Origin: Dehalococcoidales bacterium
Lineage (GTDB): Bacteria > Chloroflexota > Dehalococcoidia > Dehalococcoidales > RBG-16-60-22
Reading direction: 5' to 3'
DNA length: 56,316 nt
Assembly (NCBI GenBank): GCA_016926705.1
Contig: JAFGOC010000036.1
Coordinates: 1 to 56,316, forward strand
The translations under genes were made by a program, and so were the position numbers. The notes beneath the pieces are model-generated. The model worked only from the letters and a program-made list of their open reading frames with translations, had not been told where the DNA came from and searched no databases. Shown here piece after piece: positions 1-8,491 of this stretch. Each line of letters starts with the position of its first letter. Position 1 is the first letter of the stretch.

Positions 1-1227
1 AACGTTATCGAGACCTACTCCGCCGAGGAAGAGGCGCAGTGGGTGGTCAACGAAATCGACAACCTGGTGAGGGGCGGAGAGGTTAAGAGCGGCGACTGCG
101 CCGTGATGTACCGCACCAATGCGCAGTCGAGGGCGCTGGAAGAGGCATTTATCCGGTACGGCATGCCGTACAAGCTGGTGGCGGGGACGCGCTTCTACGA
201 AAGGCGCGAGGTCAAGGATGTCATCGCCTATTTAAGGCTTATACAAAACCCGTTCGATGCGGTCAGTTTAAGGCGGGTAATCAACGTGCCGCAGAGGGGC
301 ATCGGCGAGCGCAGCCTGGACGAACTCACCCGCTGGGCGGAGTCGCAGGGTGTCAACGAATATAAGGCCTTACAGCTATTAGCAGAGTCTAAAGAAAGCA
401 GCGAAGAAATCCCCTTCAGCGCGCGGACGGTCAAGGTGCTTTCCGGCTTCGCGGTGATGATAGAAAACTTTATCGATAAGAGCCGGGAACTGGATATCGT
501 AAAGCTCTTCGACATTGTTGTGGAGAAGTCGGGCTACAAGCAGTACATCACGGGGCTGGTCGACGGGGAGGACCGCTGGGAGAACGTCATGGAACTGCGG
601 GGGGTGGCGCAGGACTACAGGGACCTGCCGCCGGCAGAAGGACTGACGGCCTTCCTCGAAGGGGTGGCGCTGGTCTCGGACGTGGACGACCTGCCGGAAA
701 AAGTAGATACGGTCACCCTGATTACCCTCCACCAGGCCAAGGGGCTAGAGTTCCCGGTGGTGTTCATCATCGGCATGGAGGAGGGCATCCTGCCGCATTA
801 CAAGAGTATCGACGACCCTGCCCAGCTTGAGGAGGAACGACGCCTGTGCTACGTGGGCATCACCCGGGCCAAGAAGAAGGTGTATCTGGTGCGGGCGTTC
901 CGCCGGCACCTGATGGGTTCCAGCACGGTCAACAAGCCGTCGCGCTTCCTGCTGGACATACCGTCGGAGCTGATGACGCGGGGCGGGGTGACGGAAAAAG
1001 AGGATGAGTGGTCGGCGGCCGGCATCGACGCGACGGAACAAGCCATAAAGCCCAATGAAGACCTCCCCGTGTTCAAAGCTGGCGACCACGTAAGGCACGA
1101 CCAGTTCGGGGAGGGGGTGGTGGTGAACTACCACAAGACCAGGAACGACGCCGAGGTGGTGGTAGCCTTCGACGGGGAGGGCATAAAGCGGTTCCTTTTA
1201 AGCTTTGCCAGGATAGAGAAGGTATAG
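1..1227 (+). CDS. pcrA: ATP-dependent DNA helicase, UvrD/PcrA family, C-terminal part (5' end lies left of the window)
   Basis: Frame 1 is open from base 1 (NVIETYSAEEEAQW...), so the listed GTG at 43 is internal. Late SF1 helicase motifs are present: TLITLHQAKGLEFPVVFIIGMEEGILPH and RRLCYVGITRAKKKVYL. The C-terminal GDHVRHDQFGEGVVV tail is typical of PcrA/UvrD. Confidence 0.9.
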   Translation, partial: NVIETYSAEEEAQWVVNEIDNLVRGGEVKSGDCAVMYRTNAQSRALEEAFIRYGMPYKLVAGTRFYERREVKDVIAYLRLIQNPFDAVSLRRVINVPQRGIGERSLDELTRWAESQGVNEYKALQLLAESKESSEEIPFSARTVKVLSGFAVMIENFIDKSRELDIVKLFDIVVEKSGYKQYITGLVDGEDRWENVMELRGVAQDYRDLPPAEGLTAFLEGVALVSDVDDLPEKVDTVTLITLHQAKGLEFPVVFIIGMEEGILPHYKSIDDPAQLEEERRLCYVGITRAKKKVYLVRAFRRHLMGSSTVNKPSRFLLDIPSELMTRGGVTEKEDEWSAAGIDATEQAIKPNEDLPVFKAGDHVRHDQFGEGVVVNYHKTRNDAEVVVAFDGEGIKRFLLSFARIEKV

Positions 1228-1498
1228 GGGAAAGCTCTAAACTTTAAACTCTAAACCCTCAACCATTATTTATTCGTTTTATTTGTTTTTGATAAAATAT
1301 TTTTTAGTATCTTAGCTTTGAGCCGTAGCTGATTTGTTTTTGTTCTTTTTAGTGTTATGTTTAGCCGTTATGTTATCTTAACTAATCCTTGTTGCGTGCT
1401 AGTTAATAATACCGCGTAATGAGTCCGGGGGCAAGGGGAATTTGTCGCGGGGGAAAACCCCCTTAATCCCCCTTTACTAAAGAGGGACGATTTTGCAC

Positions 1499-1666
1499 CT
1501 CCACCCTGAGATTCTTCGCTGCGCTCCAGAATGACAGACGGGGTGTTTAAGAGGGGGACAAAGGGGGTGAGGTAAAGCACCGCTCCACCCTGAGATTCTT
1601 CGCTGCGCTCCAGAATAACAGGAGAAAGGGGTGTTTGAGGGGGGGGGTGGACAAAGGGGGAAAGGC
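1499..1666. repeat. Tandem duplication (84-nt period, 2 copies) of a GC-rich REP/MITE-like unit
   Basis: A 38-nt core ctccaccctgagattcttcgctgcgctccagaat[g/a]aca occurs at 1499-1536 and 1583-1620 with 1 mismatch. Each copy is followed by a G-rich tail (ggggtgttt.agaggggg..acaaaggggg). The core contains nested inverted repeats (caccc..ggggtg; attct..agaat). It sits in a 526-bp non-coding gap. Confidence 0.85.
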
Positions 1667-1753
1667 AAAATATATGCTGAGCTGCGGAAAACAGTATAGG
1701 TAAAATTTGACTGGTGATTGGATAATTCAGGCTAGATTGGTATAAAGCTGGCT

Positions 1754-2305
1754 TTATTTCTCGATTGTTACAGGCTTTTTCTTTTTCTTGATATTATCCA
1801 CTGATTTTTGGAAAATGTCTTTCATTGAGGAGGACATGCTGTTAAGCTTGGCGGCGTCGGTGAATTTCCGCTGGGCGGCGAGTTCTTCCTGTGCCGTGAT
1901 GCGAATAACCCGTATATCGGCCAGGATTTTCTGTATCTCCTCGTTTACCTGGCGCATCATGTCCTCGATTTCCCTCTGCGTTGCCAGGCGAGCATGCAGC
2001 ACCAGTCGATGGGCTTCGCTGCGGGCTTTGATGGCGGTTTCCTGCTGGTATTTAACCGCTTCTGCCTTCATGCGGCGGATTAAATTCAGTTCCTGCTGGG
2101 CGATGGTCCGTATGCGGTGTAAAGAGGTCATCGTCTCGCCGCTGCCTGAAGCGCCGTCTGATACCGGCCTGACGGAAGGCTGCTTGGCGGCATGATACTT
2201 TTTCATAGGCGCCGCCTTAGGCAGAATTTCATTATTCGCAGTCATATCCGCTGCCGGTGTGGCTCTAAACGGCTCAACGCGCACTTTACTTTGCGATATT
2301 TTCAT
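1754..2305 (-). CDS. Hypothetical protein, basic N-terminus plus long alpha-helical/coiled-coil segment
   Basis: 183-aa ORF. The antisense ORF 1788-2195 has Ser/Cys/Arg-rich junk composition. The helical stretch IRRMKAEAVKYQQETAIKARSEAHRLVLHARLATQREIEDMMRQVNEEIQKILADIR resembles ATP-synthase b/E-like helices. The C-terminus is Lys-rich (KKKKKP). Confidence 0.6.
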   Translation of the reverse strand: MKISQSKVRVEPFRATPAADMTANNEILPKAAPMKKYHAAKQPSVRPVSDGASGSGETMTSLHRIRTIAQQELNLIRRMKAEAVKYQQETAIKARSEAHRLVLHARLATQREIEDMMRQVNEEIQKILADIRVIRITAQEELAAQRKFTDAAKLNSMSSSMKDIFQKSVDNIKKKKKPVTIEK

Positions 2306-2500
2306 TTTTTACCTTTTTAGTGACAATCAGTCTCCGTTCTAATATTACATCTAGTAGTGGTAGATACGGAGATGGGTATCACCTAATATTGCTGGGTGTA
2401 ACCCCCTAAATTTACCCGGGCTCTTCATAGCTGGTGTGGCAGGAGTGGCGGTTATGCTAGAATATTAGCGTCATCTGTTCTTGAACAAGGAGGTCAAGTT

Positions 2501-2770
2501 TTGTCGCCTGCTGAATATCTGGGTGTCTTCGCCGGGCTTTTTACCACTTTTTCCACCGTTCCGCAAATATTACGCATATATAAACTTAAAAGCGCCCACG
2601 AGATAAGTTTTCTCTTCAATACGTCATTATTGCTGGGGGTTACCATCTGGCTGGTCTATGGCATTGTACTCGGACTCGTTCCGTTGATAATATGGAATTC
2701 TATCGGCATCATTTTGAACGGCTGGCTATTATTCGCCAAGTTAAGGTACGGCCGGGAAAAGAGTATCTAA
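2501..2770 (+). CDS. SemiSWEET / PQ-loop (MtN3-like) half-transporter
   Basis: 89 aa with three hydrophobic helices and a PQ motif (STVPQILRIYKLK). The TTG start is preceded by aaggagg. Size and motif fit bacterial SemiSWEETs. Confidence 0.75.
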   Translation: MSPAEYLGVFAGLFTTFSTVPQILRIYKLKSAHEISFLFNTSLLLGVTIWLVYGIVLGLVPLIIWNSIGIILNGWLLFAKLRYGREKSI

Positions 2771-3114
2771 AAAGGCTCTTTGCCGCTTGTTTGCCGTATC
2801 TACGACTGAAATAATGATATTTTCTTAAAAATCAGTTTGAAAACCATTGACCAAACGATTTAAATGGTTTACACTATTGATATGCTCCATCCCTATTTGG
2901 CTACAGTGAAAATGAATGTATCCGTTACCGCTGTCTGTCGGTGCCGACAGGATGGTTTATCTGACTATTCAGGGATGATGCGGTATTAGTCGAATCCCTT
3001 TCACAGTTTTCTTTATATTAACTTTTGTTTATAACAGCACATATACTGGATGGGGTTGGGTGATATTCCTGAAAGCCTTTCATGATAATAGCGGAGGAGC
3101 TTACGGAGGGACAT

Positions 3115-3495
3115 ATGGCCGAACAATATAAAAAGCAGCATGACCAGTTAAAGGCTGAACACAAGCGTCTTAACAGCGAGCTGGAGCAGCTACAAACGAA
3201 TAAGTCCACCGCCGAGGAGCGGCGGGAGGGCAGTCCCTTCGGCAAGCGTGAAGAAGAGGCCACCGAGACCCTGGAGCTGGAAAAGCGCCTGACGCTGGAA
3301 AACCGCATCCGCCAGGAAATGGCTGCCGTCGAGCATGCACTGGACAAAATCGAGAAAGGCACCTACGGCCTCTGTGATAACTGCGGCAAGAAAATCGACC
3401 CCGAACGTCTGGAGGCGCTGCCGCAGGCAAGCCTTTGCATGAACTGCAAGGCGCTGTTAGCTAAAAATGCAAAATCTACACCTCCCTCGAGATAG
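3115..3495 (+). CDS. DksA/TraR-family C4 zinc-finger protein
   Basis: A coiled-coil N-terminal half is followed by CDNCGKKIDPERLEALPQASLCMNCK (CxxC-x17-CxxC). The ATG at 3115 has a ggaggg RBS, and I prefer it to the listed ATG at 3082. Confidence 0.8.
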   Translation: MAEQYKKQHDQLKAEHKRLNSELEQLQTNKSTAEERREGSPFGKREEEATETLELEKRLTLENRIRQEMAAVEHALDKIEKGTYGLCDNCGKKIDPERLEALPQASLCMNCKALLAKNAKSTPPSR

Positions 3496-3973
3496 ATGGC
3501 GCGATATTATCTTCGGCAGTGTCGTCGCTCTCGTCATTATCATCGACCAGCTCACCAAAGCATTAGTCAGGGCTAATCTTGCCCTCGGGGAAGTATGGTT
3601 CGATGCTGGTTTTTTGCAGATAATACACGTGCACAATACCGGGGCGGCCTTCGGTATTTTCAAAGACCATTCACTCACCTTTATTATCACGGCCGCTGTC
3701 GGCGTCATTGTAATTCTGGTACTCGTTTTCCTTTTGCGCAGTCGCTGGCGCTTCCTCAAAAGCATGTGGGTGAGGGTAGGGATGGCGCTGGTAATGGGCG
3801 GCATTATCGGCAATAATCTCATCGACCGCATCCGTATGGGGTATGTAACCGATTTTATCGACTTTAAAGTCTGGCCGGCCTGGAATGTGGCAGATGCCTC
3901 GATAACCGTCGGCGTTATCATAATTGCCTACAGGCTTATATTTTATCCCGGTGGTTCTAAAAGCGAAGCATGA
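3467..3973 (+). CDS. lspA: Lipoprotein signal peptidase (signal peptidase II)
   Basis: Motifs HNTGAAFG, GNNLIDR and YVTDFIDF..WPAWNVADASITVG, with four TM segments. It overlaps the upstream gene end and the downstream rluD start (ATGA at 3970-3973). Confidence 0.9.
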   Translation: MQNLHLPRDRWRDIIFGSVVALVIIIDQLTKALVRANLALGEVWFDAGFLQIIHVHNTGAAFGIFKDHSLTFIITAAVGVIVILVLVFLLRSRWRFLKSMWVRVGMALVMGGIIGNNLIDRIRMGYVTDFIDFKVWPAWNVADASITVGVIIIAYRLIFYPGGSKSEA

Positions 3974-4863
3974 CCAGGGAGTATTCCTTTAAGGCTGATG
4001 TTGACGGCGTCCGCCTCGACAAATTCGTCGGGGAGAGGTGCCCGGAGCTTTCACGCACCAACGCCCGGGAGCTTATTGAAGAAGGCCTGATTACCGTCAA
4101 TGATAAAGCGGCCAAACCCAGTCTCAAGCTGAAGCCCGGCGATAAGATAAGTGTTGTTATTCCCCCCGCCCCCCGGCCCGACCTCGAGGCGGAGAATATC
4201 CCCCTGAAAATCATCTATGAAGACGACGATGTCCTGTTGGTGGACAAGCCGGCCGGCCTGGCGGTGCATCCAGCCCCCGGCCACCCCTCACATACGCTGG
4301 TGAACGCCGTCCTGAACTATTTGCCTTCACTGGCCGGTGACGATGATTCGCTCCGACCCGGCATCGTGCACCGACTGGACAAGGATACCTCCGGTCTAAT
4401 CCTGATAGCTAAGAACCGCGTTGCCCAGGCGAACCTTTCGGCGCAGTTCAAGAACCGCGCCGTGAAAAAGACCTACCTGGCGCTGGTAAAGGGGAAGCTG
4501 ACGCCGCAGCAGGGCATTATCGAGGCAGCCATCGGGCGCGACCGCCGTTACCGGCAGCGCATGGCTGTCGTCTCAAAGGGCAGGGAAGCCCGCACGGAAT
4601 ACCGGGTCATTAAATATTACGGCAATCATACTCTGCTGGAAATAAAGCCGGAGACCGGCCGCACGCACCAGATAAGGGTGCACCTGGCCGCTATCGGCTT
4701 CCCGGTCGCCGGCGATGCCGCTTACGGCTTAAAGTCCCCCCGTTTCCCCCGCCAGTTCCTCCACGCCGGCAAGATAGCCTTCCGTTTGCCCTCCACCGGC
4801 GAATTCGTGGAATTTGAGTCCCCCCTCCCCCAAGATTTACAGAAGGTATTGAAAGAAATATAA
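3970..4863 (+). CDS. rluD: RluA-family 23S rRNA pseudouridine synthase (RluD-like)
   Basis: N-terminal S4-like domain (RLDKFV...), catalytic motif HRLDKDTSGLILIAK, and RTHQIRVHLA near the C-terminus. Confidence 0.9.
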   Translation: MTREYSFKADVDGVRLDKFVGERCPELSRTNARELIEEGLITVNDKAAKPSLKLKPGDKISVVIPPAPRPDLEAENIPLKIIYEDDDVLLVDKPAGLAVHPAPGHPSHTLVNAVLNYLPSLAGDDDSLRPGIVHRLDKDTSGLILIAKNRVAQANLSAQFKNRAVKKTYLALVKGKLTPQQGIIEAAIGRDRRYRQRMAVVSKGREARTEYRVIKYYGNHTLLEIKPETGRTHQIRVHLAAIGFPVAGDAAYGLKSPRFPRQFLHAGKIAFRLPSTGEFVEFESPLPQDLQKVLKEI

Positions 4864-4974
4864 TAACCCATCTTTTACATTTCCTAATTTGCATCTCTAT
4901 TCCAAAAGTGATTAAATAATTATTGAGACCATCCCGATATATCGCGTTATTCTATCAATTCAAAGGAGCATCCC

Positions 4975-6174
4975 ATGAAATACCGCAGGTTCGGCAAGCT
5001 CGATTGGAAGGTGTCCGCCCTCGGCTTCGGCGCCATGCGCCTGCCGGTCGTCGGCGGCAACCAGGCTAAAATCGACGAGCCGGAAGCCATTAAGATGATT
5101 CGACACGCGGCCGATAACGGCGTCAACTATATCGACTCCGCCTATATGTACCACATGGGCCAGAGCGAGGTGGTGGTAGGCAAGGCGCTTAAAGACGGCT
5201 ACCGCGAGAAGATGAAGGTGGTCACCAAGCTGCCCGCCCGCATGATTGAGAAAGCCGAGGACTTCGACCGCATTCTCGGCGAGCAGCTAAAGAAACTGGA
5301 TGTCGATAAAATCGATTTCTATCTCCTGCACGGACTCGATAAGACCGGCTGGGCCAAGGTGCGCGGCTTCGGCGTGCTTAAGTGGGCGGAAAAGCAGATG
5401 GCGCAGGGAAAATTCGGCCGCCTGGGTTTCTCTTTCCACGATGAACACGCCGTGTTTAAAGAAATTATCGATTCCTATGATAACTGGGTGCTGGCGCAGG
5501 TGCAGTACAACTACATGGACGAGAACGAGCAGGCCGGCCGCAAGGGCGTCGAGTATGCCGCCTCAAAGGACATCGCGGTGGTCGTCATGGAGCCCCTGCG
5601 CGGCGGCAAGCTGGCTAAAGACCCGCCGCCCGAGCCTGTCGCCAGGGTCTTGAAAGAAGCTAAACGCCAGATGAGAGGTGTTGAATGGGCTTTCAACTGG
5701 CTCTGGAACCAGCCGGAAATCTCCGTTACCTTGAGCGGCATGAGCGCCATGGAGCAGGTCGTGGAAAACCTGGCAATCGCCGACCGTTTCGGTGGGCCCG
5801 GCACGCTCAAAGCGGCCGACCTTGAAGTTATTAACAAAATAAAAGAGGCTTATAAGAGCTTGAGTCCAATTCCCTGCACCGCCTGCCGCTACTGTTTGCC
5901 CTGTCCTAATAATGTGGAAATACCCCGCGTTTTCCAGATTTATAACGACGCCGTCATGTACGACGATATGCAGCACGGCAAATTCATGTACAACGGGCCT
6001 TTCGGGATTCCACAGGACCAGCGCGCCGACCAGTGTACCCGGTGCGAGGAGTGCCTGGAAAAATGCCCCCAGAAAATAAACATCCCCGACTGGCTTGAGA
6101 AGGCCCACGAAGCTCTTTATTCGGATGTGCCGGTCGGTCCGCCCGGCCCTCCGCCCCCTAAACCTAAAGAGTGA
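4975..6174 (+). CDS. Aldo/keto reductase with C-terminal 2x[4Fe-4S]-type cysteine motifs
   Basis: AKR N-terminus (MKYRRFGK..VSALGFGAMRLP, NYIDSAYMY, IDFYLLHG). The C-terminal cysteine motifs are CTACRYCLPCP and CTRCEECLEKCP. Confidence 0.8.
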   Translation: MKYRRFGKLDWKVSALGFGAMRLPVVGGNQAKIDEPEAIKMIRHAADNGVNYIDSAYMYHMGQSEVVVGKALKDGYREKMKVVTKLPARMIEKAEDFDRILGEQLKKLDVDKIDFYLLHGLDKTGWAKVRGFGVLKWAEKQMAQGKFGRLGFSFHDEHAVFKEIIDSYDNWVLAQVQYNYMDENEQAGRKGVEYAASKDIAVVVMEPLRGGKLAKDPPPEPVARVLKEAKRQMRGVEWAFNWLWNQPEISVTLSGMSAMEQVVENLAIADRFGGPGTLKAADLEVINKIKEAYKSLSPIPCTACRYCLPCPNNVEIPRVFQIYNDAVMYDDMQHGKFMYNGPFGIPQDQRADQCTRCEECLEKCPQKINIPDWLEKAHEALYSDVPVGPPGPPPPKPKE

Positions 6175-6187
6175 TAATATTGAAAAA

Positions 6188-6209
6188 AAGAGGGGCTAGC
6201 GCCCCTCTT
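6188..6209. terminator. Bidirectional stem-loop between convergent genes
   Basis: aagaggggc-tagc-gcccctctt forms a 9-bp GC-rich stem with a 4-nt loop. It is flanked by an A-run (5') and ttaaa (3'). It lies in the 45-bp gap between the convergent genes ending at 6174 (+) and 6220 (-). Confidence 0.6.
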
Positions 6210-6219
6210 AAACGCCCTT

Positions 6220-6846
6220 TTACCTGTTTCCTTTGCCCCTCAACATCGCCCAGGACTTTATATCGCTCCCCGGTATTGTCCCTTCTTCAACCACCCTGAA
6301 ACCGAGGTGCTCGTAAAGTGCCACGTTCTGCTCCGCCTGCGTTTCCAGGTAGCACGGCAGGCCATCCTTCTCTATCCTTTCGAGCATTGGCTTCAAAAGC
6401 CGGCTTGCGATTCCCTGTCCCTGGAATTGCGGGTCGACGGCCAGCACCTGCAAATACCAGTGCGGGAAGGGGGCCACCCGCTTACGTACCGCCATGGCAT
6501 ATTTGCCAAAAGCCATCTGCCGTCTGAAAGAAGAGATACCTGCGATAAAAGGCATAACCAAAAACCCACTGGTGACCATACTCCATGTTGAATCTCGACT
6601 GGTAACCGATTTGAACCAAACCGCCACCGCTTCAAATTTAACGGAGGTTGCATAGACTTCACCGTATTTTAAACCGCGCACTATCATCGGTCGAAATATC
6701 GCAGGCTGCCTCTTTCTTCTTTTCGAATCATCCGGAATAAAATACACAGATAGCGGATAATCCTGAAATGCTCTAGCAATCACCTCAACTGCAGGTTTGA
6801 TATCTTCTTTCTTTAAACGTATAAGATTGTTCAAATCAGAGCTCAT
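6220..6846 (-). CDS. GNAT-family N-acetyltransferase
   Basis: Acetyl-CoA binding motif region VLAVDPQFQGQGIASRLLKPMLERIEKDG...YEHLGFRV. Confidence 0.8.
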   Translation of the reverse strand: MSSDLNNLIRLKKEDIKPAVEVIARAFQDYPLSVYFIPDDSKRRKRQPAIFRPMIVRGLKYGEVYATSVKFEAVAVWFKSVTSRDSTWSMVTSGFLVMPFIAGISSFRRQMAFGKYAMAVRKRVAPFPHWYLQVLAVDPQFQGQGIASRLLKPMLERIEKDGLPCYLETQAEQNVALYEHLGFRVVEEGTIPGSDIKSWAMLRGKGNR

Positions 6847-6880
6847 TGTTGACTCCTATCTGGCTTAAACACTACTTATA

Positions 6881-6889
6881 TGGTATAAT
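6881..6889 (+). promoter_or_regulatory. Extended -10 promoter-like element (TGgTATAAT)
   Basis: tggtataat at 6881-6889 lies about 40 nt upstream of the small ORF at 6928. No good -35 is seen at 17-nt spacing. Confidence 0.35.
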
Positions 6890-6927
6890 TATTACCTGAA
6901 ATACGATTGATTTTTAAGGACACCGCC

Positions 6928-7071
6928 ATGACGCCTAAAACAGCTAAACCTGCTAAAACTGATAAGCCCGCCAAGGACCTCAAGGAATTTATCGAGAACG
7001 TCAATAAAAAGGACAAGGTCAACGGTCTTAAGATAACCTTCGGCTTCACCAAGCGCAAGAGGAAACAGTAA
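6928..7071 (+). CDS. Small lysine-rich protein (47 aa), not in the ORF track
   Basis: ATG at 6928 (aagga 8 nt upstream) to TAA at 7069-7071. Translation: MTPKTAKPAKTDKPAKDLKEFIENVNKKDKVNGLKITFGFTKRKRKQ. It fills the gap between two minus-strand genes. The overlapping 82-aa minus-strand ORF looks spurious. Confidence 0.4.
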   Translation: MTPKTAKPAKTDKPAKDLKEFIENVNKKDKVNGLKITFGFTKRKRKQ

Positions 7072-7080
7072 GCCGCTGTT

Positions 7081-8091
7081 TTACCTCCTTCTCTTTCTTC
7101 CCCCTTCTTTAAATGGCTCTTCATCCGTGAAGTCCGGCCGGTAGCTCTCGGTGGATGCCATGCCCTGCAGCCAGCCGTTTTCGACGCCGAGTTTTTCTAC
7201 CAGTGTTACTACCTCCCGGTATTCCTGCGGCAGTATCTTGCGGTCCAGTTCCTTATATTTATAGGCGCGGTGGGTAGGGTAGTACTGCGACATAATGCTG
7301 ACTGCCACGTGCGGTGAAACTTCCTCGACCAGCCAGCGCAGCGAGGACTCGCTGCCGGCGATGTTATTGGGCAATATAAGGTGGCGTATAATCAGTCCTT
7401 TTTGGGCGACTCCGTTTTCATCTACTATCAGGTCGCCGACCTGCCGCTGCATCTCGATAATCGCCGCCCGTGCATGGTCGGCATAGTTTCTCACCCGCGA
7501 GTATTTCCTGCCCAGTTCATTGGAAGCATACCTGATGTCCGCCAGGTAGATGCCGATGATGCCGTCCAGCTCTTTCAAGGTATTCACCGAGTCGTAGCTG
7601 CTGGTGTTATAGACCAGGGGCAGTCGCAAGCCCATCGGCACCGCTTCTACCAGCGCGCGCACGATTTGCGGCACGAGATGCGACGGCGTTACCAGGTTGA
7701 TGTTATGGCAGTGCAGTCCATCCTGGAGATAGAGCATCCGCTCCGCCAGCACGCGGGTGGAAACCTCGTTGTTTTTTTGTAATTCCGGCGACTGGCTTAT
7801 CTGGTAGTTCTGGCAGTAAACGCAGCGCATGTTGCAGTTGCCGAAAAATATTGTCCCTGACCCCCGGTTGCCGGATAGCGCCGGCTCCTCGCCGTGATGC
7901 GCGCAGTACGAAGAGACTATCGGCAGCAATCCTGAATTGCACTTGCCTGCTTTACCTTTGAGACGGTTGGCGCGGCACTCGCGCGGGCAGATGTCGCAGG
8001 CCGCCAGCCGCGCTTCAAGCGCCCGGGCGCGGCGCTCCAGCTCGCCCGTGTGATAAAGCGAGATATATCCCGGTTCAAGATGGTTTGTCAC
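7081..8091 (-). CDS. Radical SAM protein, PflX-like (pyruvate formate-lyase activase-related, COG1313-type)
   Basis: CNMRCVYCQNY (CxxxCxxC) radical-SAM cluster motif, plus N-terminal extra cysteines (CDICPRECRANR...CNSG). GTG start; it overlaps the upstream NfeD gene end by 17 nt. Confidence 0.8.
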   Translation of the reverse strand: MTNHLEPGYISLYHTGELERRARALEARLAACDICPRECRANRLKGKAGKCNSGLLPIVSSYCAHHGEEPALSGNRGSGTIFFGNCNMRCVYCQNYQISQSPELQKNNEVSTRVLAERMLYLQDGLHCHNINLVTPSHLVPQIVRALVEAVPMGLRLPLVYNTSSYDSVNTLKELDGIIGIYLADIRYASNELGRKYSRVRNYADHARAAIIEMQRQVGDLIVDENGVAQKGLIIRHLILPNNIAGSESSLRWLVEEVSPHVAVSIMSQYYPTHRAYKYKELDRKILPQEYREVVTLVEKLGVENGWLQGMASTESYRPDFTDEEPFKEGGRKRRR

Positions 8092-8491
8092 TCTTTTTCC
8101 TGACCTCCAGGTTTAGACCGTTTATCCGCTGGACTTCTACGTCCTCTCCCGTATCCGCGTCTCCGTCGATGCAGGTAGCCTTCCAGTATTCATCTTCTAT
8201 CTTTACTATCCCCTTCGGTTTTAAGGGCTGCGTCACTATACCTGTCGCGCCTATCATTCCCTCGGCGCCCGATGTCTTGCGCCGTCGTATCGCCGGGATA
8301 ACTGCCTTATGCATGATAAGGAAAAAGGCGACTATCGCCACCAGCACGATTAGAATAATCCACCAGGTTATTTCCACGTGGAAGAGCCACAATCCAATAA
8401 AGATAAGCGCCAGCACCACCGCATCATCTATAAGTGATGCTAACACTATCAGCCACGCTTTACGGACAGATATTTCACCCTTCTTATTCAT
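8075..8491 (-). CDS. NfeD-family membrane protein (TM helices plus C-terminal OB-fold)
   Basis: Two or three N-terminal TM helices followed by GATGIVTQPLKPKGIVKIEDEYWKATC..GEDVEVQRINGLNLEV, typical of the NfeD C-terminal domain. Confidence 0.75.
   Translation of the reverse strand: MNKKGEISVRKAWLIVLASLIDDAVVLALIFIGLWLFHVEITWWIILIVLVAIVAFFLIMHKAVIPAIRRRKTSGAEGMIGATGIVTQPLKPKGIVKIEDEYWKATCIDGDADTGEDVEVQRINGLNLEVRKKSDKPS

Noticed and set aside
1499-1666. Possible CRISPR array
   Set aside because: There are only two repeat copies. The 'spacer' parts are themselves homologous between copies, making this a tandem duplication. No cas genes are present in the window.
1368-1668. ORFs 1368-1580 and 1477-1668 (minus strand) inside the repeat region
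   Set aside because: They are translations of the GC-rich tandem repeat (duplicated peptide SGAQRRISGW). There is no start context, and they are interpreted as a non-coding repeat.
3082-3114. Upstream start codons listed in the ORF track for several genes (3082, 37446, 44060, 45793, 50318, 52988)
   Set aside because: In each case a downstream ATG has a better Shine-Dalgarno sequence and matches where homologous families begin. The upstream extensions overlap promoters or neighbouring genes.
6876-7124. 82-aa minus-strand ORF in the GNAT/radical-SAM spacer
   Set aside because: It would overlap the end of the radical SAM gene and has no RBS. The plus-strand 47-aa ORF with a promoter-like element explains the region better, although that ORF is itself only moderately supported.
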